A DNA stretch of 64,000 nucleotides from contig AP026149.1 in assembly GCA_030295235.1 (NCBI GenBank), positions 434,001 to 498,000 of the forward strand. The letters are read 5' to 3'. The DNA comes from Fistulifera solaris (taxonomy: Eukaryota). Position 1 is the stretch's first letter. Each line of letters opens with the position of its first letter. Shown here piece by piece: positions 47,496-59,097 of this stretch. The translations under genes were made by a program, and so were the position numbers. The notes below the pieces were generated by a model that did no database searches, was not told where the DNA came from, and worked only from the letters and a program-made list of their open reading frames with translations.

Positions 47496-49578
47496 TTAGT
47501 CATCGTTACCTGCTATGGTTCCTAGGGATAGCTTGCTTTGATACTCGCTAGATGTAGGACGTTTCATCAACTCTCTTAAGAAGATAGTCGCATAAGCAGA
47601 AGAAGGAAGAGTAAAACTGATGATCATACCAAGTAATCCTCTATCAGCCTCGCCGTCTGAAACTTCAATATCAACGTTGTTTATCTTCATCAAGTCGGTC
47701 TGAATTAACGGCTGCAAGGGATCATTGTAGCTTAGAATGCGAGACGTAACGTCACTCGGCTTGCATAAAATCTTCCGATAGTCCCCCGGACAAGTCAAGT
47801 CACGGTCTTCGATCCTCTTGAGCATATCGCGTGTGATTCCTTGGTCTGTCATGAGACGTTCTAGCAGTTCCCCCGAACTGTTCTTAGGAAGAACACTTTT
47901 GTAACCTATCAAAGGGAAAACCACATCCAGTATTGTGTAATGCGACGACTCGATGTCAGCTTGTGATAGCGCCTTCACGGTTGCATGCGTGTTGTCATCA
48001 GCCTTTTCACCCTCTGCCAAGACCAAATCACCTACTTGCACGTTTGCATCGTGCTTCAATCGAGCCGAGACGGCAGCATTCCACAAGAAGCTTTGAAACG
48101 CGTGAATAAACATCAGTCGAAGAGTTTTGGGTATGCACGAGAACGCCCTCTTATAATCAAGTGGGAACCGTGCGAGACTCTGTAGAATGGCCAGCTCGGT
48201 GGTAATACCGCGCTGAAACTGACATGCCAAACGATCCGCAACTTTCTTCTCCGCCGCTTCACGTCCATCGGACGGTACATTATCAAATCGATTTTGCCAT
48301 TCCTCTCGTGCTTTTTTAATGTTTTCCCTTTCACCAGCTTTTGGACTCATTATTATGTCAATAGCTTTCTCAAAACTTCCTTTAATAATCTCAATTCCGA
48401 TAAGATGCGTATCGTAATACTTCCCAAAGCGTTGCATGCCAAAGTAGTTGATGAATCCGTTGTTACGAATTGCGTCAACAGCGGATTCTAAAAGATCTTT
48501 GGGAGGTTTTTCAGTGCTCCCGTCTTTTGCCACAAGATTTCTCAGTGCGACTTCAAATCGATTTCCTCGTAAACTTCCAAGACGAAAATCGTTTTCTACA
48601 AACTGAAAATTTCCTACACGCAACACACTAGCGCCAGAATGTTTCGTATTTCCACCGCCCTGCGACTTATTGTTGTATCCGTTGCACTTACAAAGCACAG
48701 AGAGCGGCGTGTTGGCTGGTGCAGTGACAAACTGACTCGTGACACCTCTTTTATCTTTGTTACCCGCATAGCCGATACGAAGCCTGCCCTGCTTTCCACC
48801 CTGACGTTGTAGCTGATTAATCGCCATCCCCGTTTCCATATTTTCTTTGTACAGCACAAACTTGACAAACTTCATTCCTTTCGGAGGACGTTGATTGTTG
48901 TTGCTATCACGATGCATCGCGTTCCGACCGTTTTCAAAGGCTTTGTAGTTGGGCATTTCCTTTTCGAAACGGACATGCCAAATGCGAATGACCTTATCGT
49001 TGTTGCCTGAGCCAGAAATCGTATCAGCGCGCGCACAAAATCCGAGACGATCCCGAATCCACTGGTGCAAATCGCGTCGTTTGTCTTTATCATTGGCTGG
49101 CGGAAGTGACACATATCGCTCATCACCTACTTCTGTGTCGTTTGTGTTTTCTTGGTTTTTTTGTAAAAATAGGATGGCCACTTTCGCTGCACTATCATCT
49201 GTAAGAGCTTTTAGCTCATTTTCAAGATCTGACCAGACCGGTTCGCTTTGAACGTCGTCCGCCTCTTCTCGTTTCCTTTTGCGGCTCTCCTCGGCTGCCG
49301 TTTGTATTGAGTTGTCGACAGCACCTCCCGCCACTGTAGGATCTAACGACTCCAGCTGAGCTATAGAACCATCCAAGGCGACTACATGTTAACGAAAAGA
49401 AGTTTAGATTACTCTCATCGTAAATGGAAGAGAAAAAGCGAAACGTACCTTCATGGACGATAAAATCCGAAAATCGTCCTTTCGAAATTGCCGAGAAACC
49501 CGGAACTTGCGGCGACAGGTACGCGGTTAGCCCTAGACTTTGCTCTATCGGATCATAAATCACCTCATGGTCCGTCAT
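47496..49578 (-). CDS. PUS7: Pseudouridine synthase PUS7/TruD family, 2 exons
   Basis: KGRFSDFIVHE, LYKEN, YAGNKDKRGVTSQ, LRGNRF, GFINYFGMQRFG, HAFQSFLWN, FTLPSSAYAT; intron 49382-49448. Confidence 0.95.
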
Positions 49579-50149
49579 GATGAAGTCGCTTGGTATCAAA
49601 GTAACAAGAAGGGCAATTACAGGTTTGCAGAATTTATTCCGCGTTTGATTATTATGCGGATCTTTCCGATCAGTGAAAAAATTTTGGGTGGTGCTGAAGA
49701 CACGTGAATGATATTGAGTCACGAGACAGTAAGAGGATCTATACAAAGTATTCATGTCTCAATCTACCAGTAAAGTGTGCCTTGCTCTTCTGAATTCTAA
49801 GTTAAAAATGAATTCCGCGTATTAATACAATATGATATATTCGGGTATCGTAGTTACGCCGAAATGTGCTTCGAATATAAGAGGTAATGACAGAAAGAAA
49901 CATTGGTACTTCTAAATCAACTCGTTTAGGCAAAGGCGCTCTATGGAGTTTAAGCTAAAGGTAATACAAGAGAAGAGCAGCAACAAAACTTTATTTTCCT
50001 ATGAGCTGTTTTTGTTAGTCGATGTGCTAGAACTTATTTTCGTTCGTCTAAGCTAGACACCCGACTAGCATTGACATATTTTCCCTTTTTCCCTAAAGAA
50101 GGAGGTCATGGATAGCCACGAAGAACAAAATGATAAATCAATCTATCAA

Positions 50150-50800
50150 TCAACCTAGCATAAATATTCGGTCCCCAATATCTTGGACCATCCAGTCGAT
50201 TCCCTCTTTCAGCCCTTCTCCGGTGACTGCGCTACAGCTTTGTATACTCCAATGACGATTCGTAAAACGCTCGCTCTGGTTCATCTCCAAAGCTTGTTCG
50301 ATTTCTACAGAAGTAAGCGCCCCACCAATATCTTGTTTGTTGGCTAAAATCAAAAGTGATGCCCCCGCCAGGCGCTCTTGTGATAACAAATCCGCCAGTT
50401 CTTGGCGACAAATATCCAGTCGATACGGATCCGCACTGTCGACAACCCAAATGAGTCCATCTGTTTGCTCAAAATAATTTCTCCAGTACGCTCGTATTGA
50501 CTTTTGACCTCCCACATCCCACATGTGCAGCTGATAATGACACGACGATGAGGCGTTGTATTCGAGCGTCTGAATGTGAAAGCCCAATGTCGGTTCAATT
50601 TTGTCAATCGGGTCACCGCAGAGCCTCTTTAACACGGTTGTTTTCCCAGCATTGTCGAGTCCTAATATAAGAATGCGCATCTCCTTTTCTTTTTGTTTGA
50701 TCTTGTCGGAAGCGATGCGCGGTTGAGACGAAAAGGTGAACGTTGAATTGGGTGCTGTTCGTGAAACTCGTACCTTCCGTAATATCGTCAGCAGACCCAT
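50150..50800 (-). CDS. ARL2: ADP-ribosylation factor-like GTPase 2, 2 exons
   Basis: [58 protein letters not shown]; 72-nt in-frame intron 50702-50773. Confidence 0.95.
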   Translation of the reverse strand: MGLLTILRKVRVSRTAPNSTFTFSSQPRIASDKIKQKEKEMRILILGLDNAGKTTVLKRLCGDPIDKIEPTLGFHIQTLEYNASSSCHYQLHMWDVGGQKSIRAYWRNYFEQTDGLIWVVDSADPYRLDICRQELADLLSQERLAGASLLILANKQDIGGALTSVEIEQALEMNQSERFTNRHWSIQSCSAVTGEGLKEGIDWMVQDIGDRIFMLG

Positions 50801-51136
50801 GTTATTTCTCAGCGCTCCTGTAAAATTACGAATGAGTGAAGCGTAATGCAATGCAAACAAAAGAAGAAACATTGCAAAGATGAACGGATAACGGATCTTG
50901 ATCCTTTTTGTAGATTGAAACAAGTTTCTGTCTCCCAGTATTTAGATACGCTACGTTAGTGGACTTTTAGTACCAGGTACTGGTAAGTTACGCTATGCGA
51001 CATGTGACGATTTTCATGAGATTTGTTTTCCTCCGCGCCTTTTTGTTTCATACATGTCATTGACAATTAACAAAAGCAAAAGCTTTAAACAACACAAAAG
51101 CAAAATTCAAAGCTACGTAGATCGCTCAAGAACAGC

Positions 51137-52267
51137 ATGTTGACACTTCTTGATTTACCCGACGATCTGTTTTCGGAATCTATCTTCACGTATGTTCCCG
51201 TGACAGACTTGGGGCGTTTCGGCACCGTCTGTCGCAAATTCCACAACATGAGGCACCTCGTTGATGAAGAATTGAAAGCGAGAGACACCGCCTTGATTGT
51301 ATCACAGCAATATCCCGCCGAAAGTCCCATCCTGTCGATCTTGGACTACCGTGAACGGGTCCTGTCGTTCGAGCGTTGCAGCACCTTTGCGTGGGGAAAT
51401 GACCCGTCAAGCCATCGAACATGAAGCTTGCCCGAGTCACGAAGAAGAAACGGGATGTCAATGTAATCCTCTGGAGAGTTTCCCAAAATTACAGGACGGT
51501 CTTCGAGGTGGGAAGAACTACTTCTTTTTGTCCAGTTTACTGCTATGAATAAATTGCTATGGGAAGGATTTCTTCGGGATGCCAGAACAGAATCGGATGA
51601 TTATAGTCCTCTGATAAGCTTGTTCCGTAACGAAAACGTAGACATTTATCAAGCTTTTGATGGGGAAGAAATCAACAATGGTAGATCCATATTTGCCTCA
51701 GTAGACGAAATGTTCTCCTCTGATAAGCTTGTTCCGTAACGAAAACGTAGACATTTATCAAGCTTTTGATGGGGAAGAAATCAACAATGGTAGATCCATA
51801 TTTGCCTCAGTAGACGAAATGTTCCAATGGATGGAGTTCGTGCGGGGAGAGAAACTCAGTTTCACCTTGACGCTAGCAACATCACCAATCTGACAAAAGA
51901 ACATGTGACCTCGGACCTGCACGTGACAGTAGTCAGCCTGGATGTTCATCAACACAAAACGCCGCCACGAAAGCTGCATCTGCATTACTCGTCCCGGGGA
52001 CATATGCAGTCGCCTTCTTTTGAGGATGGGTCGGTGTCGTTTGACATTTTGCGTCATCGGCACTTGCCGAACTACCGTGCGACGGTCCGTGAGACTGATA
52101 AGACTTACACGCTCTCTGAATATGCTACGCCATACATGATTTGGACGTCACGAAATTGTCTCTTTAGTTTCTCTCTGCTTCACACGTTTGACTTGCGCAG
52201 TTTCTTTCCCGTGACAATGCATGTGGCGAGTTTGAGACTGGGACAGATTCATTTAGACCGTGAGTAG
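51137..52267 (+). pseudogene. F-box protein gene disrupted by a 109-bp tandem duplication and several frameshifts
   Basis: N-terminal LLDLPDDLFSESIFTYV...FGTVCRKF; four consecutive ORFs in different frames. Confidence 0.65.
51607..51824 (+). repeat. Perfect 109-bp tandem duplication
   Basis: 51607-51715 is identical to 51716-51824. Confidence 0.95.
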
Positions 52268-52614
52268 ATGGCTAGCCGTGGTCATTTGTTTTCGCGCTCC
52301 AAAGCCTTCCTTTCTGTTGTTGACGTATTCTTTGGCTTGAGTGACTTGATCATAAAGTTCTGGACATATCCTTCAGATACGTTTGATGCTGAGCGTATAT
52401 AATAAGATCTCAATAGAAAATAGATGATGTCCATCAAGTTGCCTATACATTTTTTGTGCGGCTGATGGGCCATGTCGTCATATATTGTGATCAAGGGCTT
52501 ACTACAATCAAAAGTTTCTTCAACGTTAAGGAATCCTTCATCCAGTTGAGAGGCTTGGGCTATCAGTAAAAGGCCCCTCCCAATGATTTTCGTCGAAATA
52601 CCGCAAGCAATCTC

Positions 52615-52678
52615 ATAAAGATGAGCGACTGAAGTGAAAGCAATGCCCCAATAAAGATGAGCGACTGAAGTGAAAGCA
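52615..52678 (+). repeat. 28-bp direct repeat
   Basis: ATAAAGATGAGCGACTGAAGTGAAAGCA at 52615 and 52651. Confidence 0.9.
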
Positions 52679-52779
52679 GTCTGTTGCGTCTTTCGATGTC
52701 CTTTCGATGAAACTGAGTGAAGCTGTTATTAAGCAATGTCCATACGCGACCCTAAATAACCCACACGTGCAATTGCGCC

Positions 52780-53418
52780 CTAGTGATTCTTCTTTTTCTG
52801 ATGAGGAAATGATATTCCTTTAAAAGGCGCCACAATTGTTGACAAGCTTTTCACCAGAAAACGCAGCAGTGGATTGTGCATGTGATAGATTTCAAACAAA
52901 TGCAAACGGCCTTGATCACAGACCAGATGCAGCATGACAACGGATACGATGTTGCCGAATTCGTATTCAAATCTTCGCTTAATAAAAAGCTCGGTTGTAT
53001 CCGGCCGTACCGACTGCACATGCGCCATAAGACGGTTTCGATCGAAGCCAAGCTCCAAGTTGTTTCGTTTTCCCGCTATTTCGGCTTGCAAACGATCCGG
53101 TAAAGGTAAATTGACATCTTCTTCACGGCCGATGAGAAAGTTGGTTCGACCGATAAGGGTCAAAAAACCGGTCCAGCTCACCAATACCAACAAGTAGTAA
53201 GAGAGCAACGTCAAACGCCCTGACGAAAACTCATATTTTTGTAAGGAACACGCTTGGAGATTCGCAGCGTCCGCCACTACTTTGGGCATGAAGAGAACTG
53301 AACCATCAAATGATTGAATGCATCTTGCCGCAGTTGCGGGCTGACATAGCATCCCGTGGAAATGGACATAATCTTCGAGCGTTGCTCGTGTGTTATGAGC
53401 AGCACTTTTGTTTAACAT
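52780..53418 (-). CDS. Hypothetical protein
   Basis: 212-aa ATG ORF with one hydrophobic segment; no recognised motif. Confidence 0.45.
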   Translation of the reverse strand: MLNKSAAHNTRATLEDYVHFHGMLCQPATAARCIQSFDGSVLFMPKVVADAANLQACSLQKYEFSSGRLTLLSYYLLVLVSWTGFLTLIGRTNFLIGREEDVNLPLPDRLQAEIAGKRNNLELGFDRNRLMAHVQSVRPDTTELFIKRRFEYEFGNIVSVVMLHLVCDQGRLHLFEIYHMHNPLLRFLVKSLSTIVAPFKGISFPHQKKKNH

Positions 53419-53711
53419 TCGTATTGTGCGTTTTGGAAAGGATAACAGTAGTGTGTTATACGTTTGACGTCAACAGGTGGACACAGAAATTGTTTATTGT
53501 TGTTGTGTTGCACCTTTTGTTTTATCTGCGTGCAAGCACGCGACCGCAATATTATATCTTGAACCACTGTGACTTCCTCCCTTGCCAGCTTATACTACTA
53601 CCTCCGGGGGGCGATAATGGGCCCACGGTGGCTCGTGTAATTTTTTTGTACTGAAATTCTACGTGATATTACGTAGGGGGCAAAAATTTCCCTCCGTCAC
53701 CAACGTGTTAA

Positions 53712-54222
53712 TGTTGAAATTTCTACCGCGGTCTGTAACTGCTCTCGGCTATCGGGGACTCCACACACCCCAGACGAAAGACTATTGAAACAACGAACTT
53801 TTGCTCCAAACACTCGTTTACAGAATTATAACGATTTCCTCACGATTACTTTCGCTTTCCTCTTTTTCACTGGTCTCCGATCTGATCTTGATCTGATCAT
53901 GATCCGATCTTGCCAAGTCCATTTCTCCAATAACAACTTTAGGATAAAATAGCCCTTTCTGCCAATCACCAGATTCTCCATTATTGCATGTTCCTTAGCA
54001 ACTAGCAACAGTCATCGTCCATAATTGCATACTGGATTCTTCCGTGATCCCAAATCCCCAAACATATAGTTCGAAACACTTCCGAGACTCCTTTCACGAG
54101 TAGAATGCTTTCCCAATAAACTAGGCGGTCATTTCGAACCATTCCGACATCCGATGACGTGTCAACTCATGACTGAATAAATCTTTCAGTCCGACACTCA
54201 ACCTCGACCTCGCTCTTTGACA
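53712..54222 (-). repeat. 3' LTR (511 bp)
   Basis: Matches 58585-59097 apart from two G-run length differences (compared by eye). Confidence 0.97.
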
Positions 54223-57200
54223 TCCTCCCTGTCGGCTGCTAAGATTAACTGCGTCATGAGTCCTTCTCTAACAACAGGCACCAAAAGATCATGGATTTTC
54301 TCTGTCACATTCTTGGTTTCCAGATCTGCAATATTCCTTTCCGATCGAATAAACTTCACAACCAGCCTGGCTTCTTCCTTCTCCGTTGCAGCCATCATCT
54401 CCCTTATAAAATGCTTTCGAATATCAATGTGTTTCGTCCTATTCCCCACAACTTGGTTTTTCCATCAAGAAGATTGCGCCCGTGTTATCTTCAAACAAGG
54501 TAGCCGGTCGAATCTTCACCTTCGGAAACAATTCTTCGAATAACATCTGCAAAAACTTGATGTCCGTCGCACACGTAGATGCCGCATAATATTCGCCTCC
54601 GTACTTGACAGTGTCACCGCCGGTTGCAACTTGCTTGAAAAACCACACAAACAACCTCCAATGGTAACAAAGTAGCCAGTAACACTTTTCCGCGTCTCCT
54701 TGTTCGTAGCAAAGTTTGAATCCACCCATGCGTAAACCTTCAAATTAACAGGCTCGCGCAACTTCAAATGAACGTCCGTACTCTCGAGATAGCCAACCAA
54801 TCTCTTCATCGCTCTCCAATGTTCTTCGCCTGGCGAATCCATAAACATTGCAAGCTCCCTGACTGCATTTCCACATTCCGGAGCTACTTTCCGCACCAGC
54901 CACATGAGACGTCCGAGAAACTTCCGATACTGATCCTTATTAACTGGATCGCCTTCGTTCTTCACAAGCGATTCCCCTGGATAGCCCGGTGTCTTCTCAG
55001 CTTTCAACGGTCCAATCAGCTCCTTCCAATCCTTTACTATCTCGTCTTTGTACTCATCCATTCGCACTTCGTAGAACTCTCCTGCTTCATCCGATTTTCT
55101 CTCGTACCAGACTCCCAAGTGTTTCTGAATCGAGCCCATTTCGGTAATGTTGAAGCGCTTCTTGATCTCTCTCTTGAACCAATTGATTTCTTCTTGGGGA
55201 CCGGCAAGGATACAATCATCGACATACACCACAATGATTAATACTGTCTCGCCGTTCACCACTTTAAACCATACACACGGATCCGCAGCACTCTGAATAA
55301 GCCCCAGCTTCCTCAATTCGGCACAGTAGAGCATGAAGTACTCTCGTGGACTCTGGACCAAACCGTACATCGCCCTCTCCAATAGGATGATGTAGTCAAT
55401 CAACTCTTCATGCGTGATGTACCCAAACTCATATAGCCCAAAGGGCCATTCAAGATACACCTCCTCTCTCAACTTCGCTTCTAGAAACGCAGCCTCAACG
55501 TCAATAACTTCAGTGACCCACATCTTCTTCCACATGTAAAGTACTACTGCCAAAACCATTCGAACCGACATGTCCGATGCAACAGGTGAATGCGAAAGAG
55601 TGAAGTCCACACCAGGGATTTGAACAAACCCCCGCGCACAAGTCCGAGCTTTGAAACGAATTCCCGTTGCCTCTTTCTTCTTTTTGAAAATCCACTTCGG
55701 CGTAACAGGCTTCCGTCCTCTCTCCTTCATCTGCTTTCTAGGAACCATCTTCCAAGCATCTCTTTTAATGAAATTTTCAATCTCCTTCTTCATTGCCTCT
55801 TTCCACTTGTCTGCATCCCGGACCAACCAAGGCTTCCTTGTAAGTTTTCGGCGCACCAGGATCCGACGCCAGCTCCGTATTCAAAACGTAGTGAAAATAA
55901 CCTTCCGACACATCGATTGTATTGATCTCTCCTTGAGCGTTCATTGTTGGGTTATATGAAGTGTCCAGCCTTGCCATTTCTCTATTCAGTCTTTTCATCG
56001 TCGATTGCGTCTCTTTCCGTTGATTCGGTGCTGGAGTATTGTCCGCCGTAGCCTCGGGTACCAGAGCTTCCGTAGGACCTTCCACAGCCACTTCGACAAC
56101 TTTCTCTGCCGCTTTCTCGTCCACAACTTTCCTCCCTGCTCCAGCATCGACATCTTCGAGCATCACCGGTTTGATTGCGACTTCCTCCCCAATTTGGTCA
56201 TCCTTTAAGTCGACTTCCATTCCAGCTGCAAACATCCTTAACTCTGATGCAACTGAAGCACTCGATCCATGCCAGTCTGCCCAAGTGACGTCACGTGAGA
56301 GAATGACAATATTTTCACCCGGCTTGTAAACACGATACGTATCGCCCGAATGCGAATCCGCGTACCCAACCATCACGCATTTCACTGACTTCTTCTCCAA
56401 CTTAGGCTGTTTGTTTCGTAGAGTCACATATCCGATCCGCCCCCACTGAACCAAGTGTTTCAGTATCTTAGGATGCTCGCCGTACCACGCATAATCAGGG
56501 CTCGATTCCACATTCCGATTCGGGACAGCGTTATCCAACTTCGTTGCCGTGTGAACAGCCTCGGGCCATAACTTTCCTTGATGCTCATCCGACAACTTCG
56601 CCGCCAACATCATCGCAAGGGCCTTATCGCGAATTGTCGTGAACTTCCTCTCAACAACACCGTTCATCTGCGGAGTATGCGGGGCAGTAAACTCCATAGT
56701 TATGCCCCTCGCCTCACAGATCTCTTTGAATGTTCCGTTCTCGCCTGCATTATCACACCGAATGTACTTTACCGTTACGTTCGGATCTCCTTTCAAGCGA
56801 TCAAGAAATAGCGTCATGACTTTGCCAATCATTGACTTCTTTGTAACGAAGTAACTCCAAGCTTTGCGCGTGTAATCATCCACCAATAAGATCCAGTAGC
56901 AACTCTGTCCCAACGATTTCTTGTAGGGCCCACTCGTGTCCACGTAGAATCGTTCTCCTTTCGCCGTTGCTTTGATAGCCGTCGACTTGCACACCGCCTT
57001 TGCTTTCGCCTTCGCATACGCGCACGCCTCGCATGTCTCCTTGGTTCCAGTTAACTCGATTCCCAACTGTTTCATGAGACTCTTCAACGGAATGTCGCTT
57101 GCGTGTCCGTACATATCGTGCGCAGCATTTATGTCCATCTTCACTTTGGTCTCCACCGCATGGACATCTGACTTAACAACGCTGGCCTTCAAGTAGTATA

Positions 57201-58531
57201 ACCCATAGTGTGACTGAGGTACCGTCAACACACTCTTTCCGGAGGGGTCAGTGATCTTCATCGCACAACTGGTTATCTCAATCTTGCACCCTTGCTTCAC
57301 TAAAGCCCCAGTACTGATGATATTCTTTGCGAACGTTGGCGCCACCTTGACTTCACTCAACTTCATAGTACCACCCACAGTAGCGAGCATGAGTGTACCC
57401 TTCTTGTGTACTTGGACTTCCTTTCCGTCGCCGACGACCAAATACTCCTTCGTCGAAATAACATCGCGCAAAATCGTTTCATCCAAAACAACATGGCACG
57501 TCGCTCCACTGTCGAGAAGAAACCTTTCCTTGTCGTTGACTCTCGACGTTTCGACCGCACCAACTTGATGAACGACGCCACAGAACTCTTCGCCGCCTTT
57601 GCCGACCTCATAGCACATGCCAACGAACATGTTCAGGTCCTTGTTCTCCGACTTCGGATCCTTGCCGTTCGACTTGTCCGGACACTCGCGAGAGAAATGG
57701 CCTTCCTTGCCACAGTTGAAGCAGACTTTCTTCTTGTCGCTCTTGCACTCCGCTGCCTTGTGTCCTTGTTTGCCGCAGTTGCGGCACTTTCCTTGAACTT
57801 CTTCTTAAAACCACCCTTGCCCTTTTCGACGTTTAATGCTAAATTTTTATTTTCTTTTTTGTCTTTTTCTTTTTCTTCGTTTTCTTCATCGTTCTTGGGC
57901 TTGAAACAGCGCTTCCACTTGTTCCGGATCTCCTTCTCGAGGTCTTCAATCGAGGTCTCGTTGATCTTTCCGCTCAACTTCGTGATCACATCCGAATACT
58001 CGTCAGGAAGGTTGGCCAAGTAGTGGGCCTTCAAAACGAAACTTGGCTTCACATACTGCGATCCGATTGTCTTCAAACGGTTCTGCAACCGATCGCACTC
58101 CAGGAAGAACTTGTCAGGGTCATCTTCCTTCGAGCCAACTTGCACCGTCCGAACTCCCGCCAACACCTCCGCCAAATCTTCCTCGCTGTTCCGGGCGTAC
58201 TTAGCATCCAAAAGCTTGAATGCGTCTCGCATCACCATCCGCTCTCTTGACAAGACCCAAAGGAACGCCTTCACACGCAATCACCAACAAATCGATGATC
58301 TCGAGATTGCTTCGATACAACTCCTTGTCCTTCGGCCGTCGCCGCCGGCCTCCCATCGCAACTTCCTTCGTGGGGATCTCGGCCTTCAGGTCATCGAACA
58401 CACTTGTCCAACCTCTCTTCGTGATCAGCGACATCGTCTTGAACTTCCAGTCATCGTGACGACTTCTCAGCGACCTTGTCGTCCAACGGGTAGAAGGTCA
58501 AAGCCCTCATCTTCTCTCCCTCGTCGGTCAT
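54198..58531 (-). CDS. Copia gag-pol polyprotein, split by ~8 single-base frameshifts
   Basis: Two CCHC knuckles (CRNCGKQGHKAAEC, CFNCGKEGHFSREC), protease LLDSGAT, HHCC plus integrase DDYTR/CDNAGE/NGVVER, RT KARTCARGF and YVDD, RNase H VDSNFA, EDNTGA, TKHIDIR; stop lies inside the 3' LTR. Confidence 0.95.
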
Positions 58532-58584
58532 CTTGTCTTGTCTCGTAAACTTTTTTTTTTTCTCAACGCCCACGCTTATAAGCG

Positions 58585-59097
58585 TGTTGAAATTTCTACC
58601 GCGGTCTGTAACTGCTCTCGGCTATCGGGGGACTCCACACACCCCAGACGAAAGACTATTGAAACAACGAACTTTTGCTCCAAACACTCGTTTACAGAAT
58701 TATAACGATTTCCTCACGATTACTTTCGCTTTCCTCTTTTTCACTGGTCTCCGATCTGATCTTGATCTGATCATGATCCGATCTTGCCAAGTCCATTTCT
58801 CCAATAACAACTTTAGGATAAAATAGCCCTTTCTGCCAATCACCAGATTCTCCATTATTGCATGTTCCTTAGCAACTAGCAACAGTCATCGTCCATAATT
58901 GCATACTGGATTCTTCCGTGATCCCAAATCCCCAAACATATAGTTCGAAACACTTCCGAGACTCCTTTCACGAGTAGAATGCTTTCCCAATAAACTAGGG
59001 CGGTCATTTCGAACCATTCCGACATCCGATGACGTGTCAACTCATGACTGAATAAATCTTTCAGTCCGACACTCAACCTCGACCTCGCTCTTTGACA
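58585..59097 (-). repeat. 5' LTR (513 bp)
   Basis: TG...CA direct repeat upstream of the gag ATG at 58531. Confidence 0.97.

Larger units (their letters stand above)
53712..59097 (-). mobile_element. Full-length Ty1/copia LTR retrotransposon (CoDi-like)
   Basis: TG...CA LTRs at 53712-54222 and 58585-59097, PPT AGGGAGGA beside the 3' LTR, TGTTAA on both flanks, domain order gag-PR-IN-RT-RH. Confidence 0.98.

Noticed and set aside
52282..52740. Gene remnant around the 28-bp repeat
   Set aside because: No recognisable protein similarity in any frame
53826..54008. Identical 60-aa ORFs at 53826-54008 and 58700-58882
   Set aside because: By-product of the LTR duplication; no coding evidence
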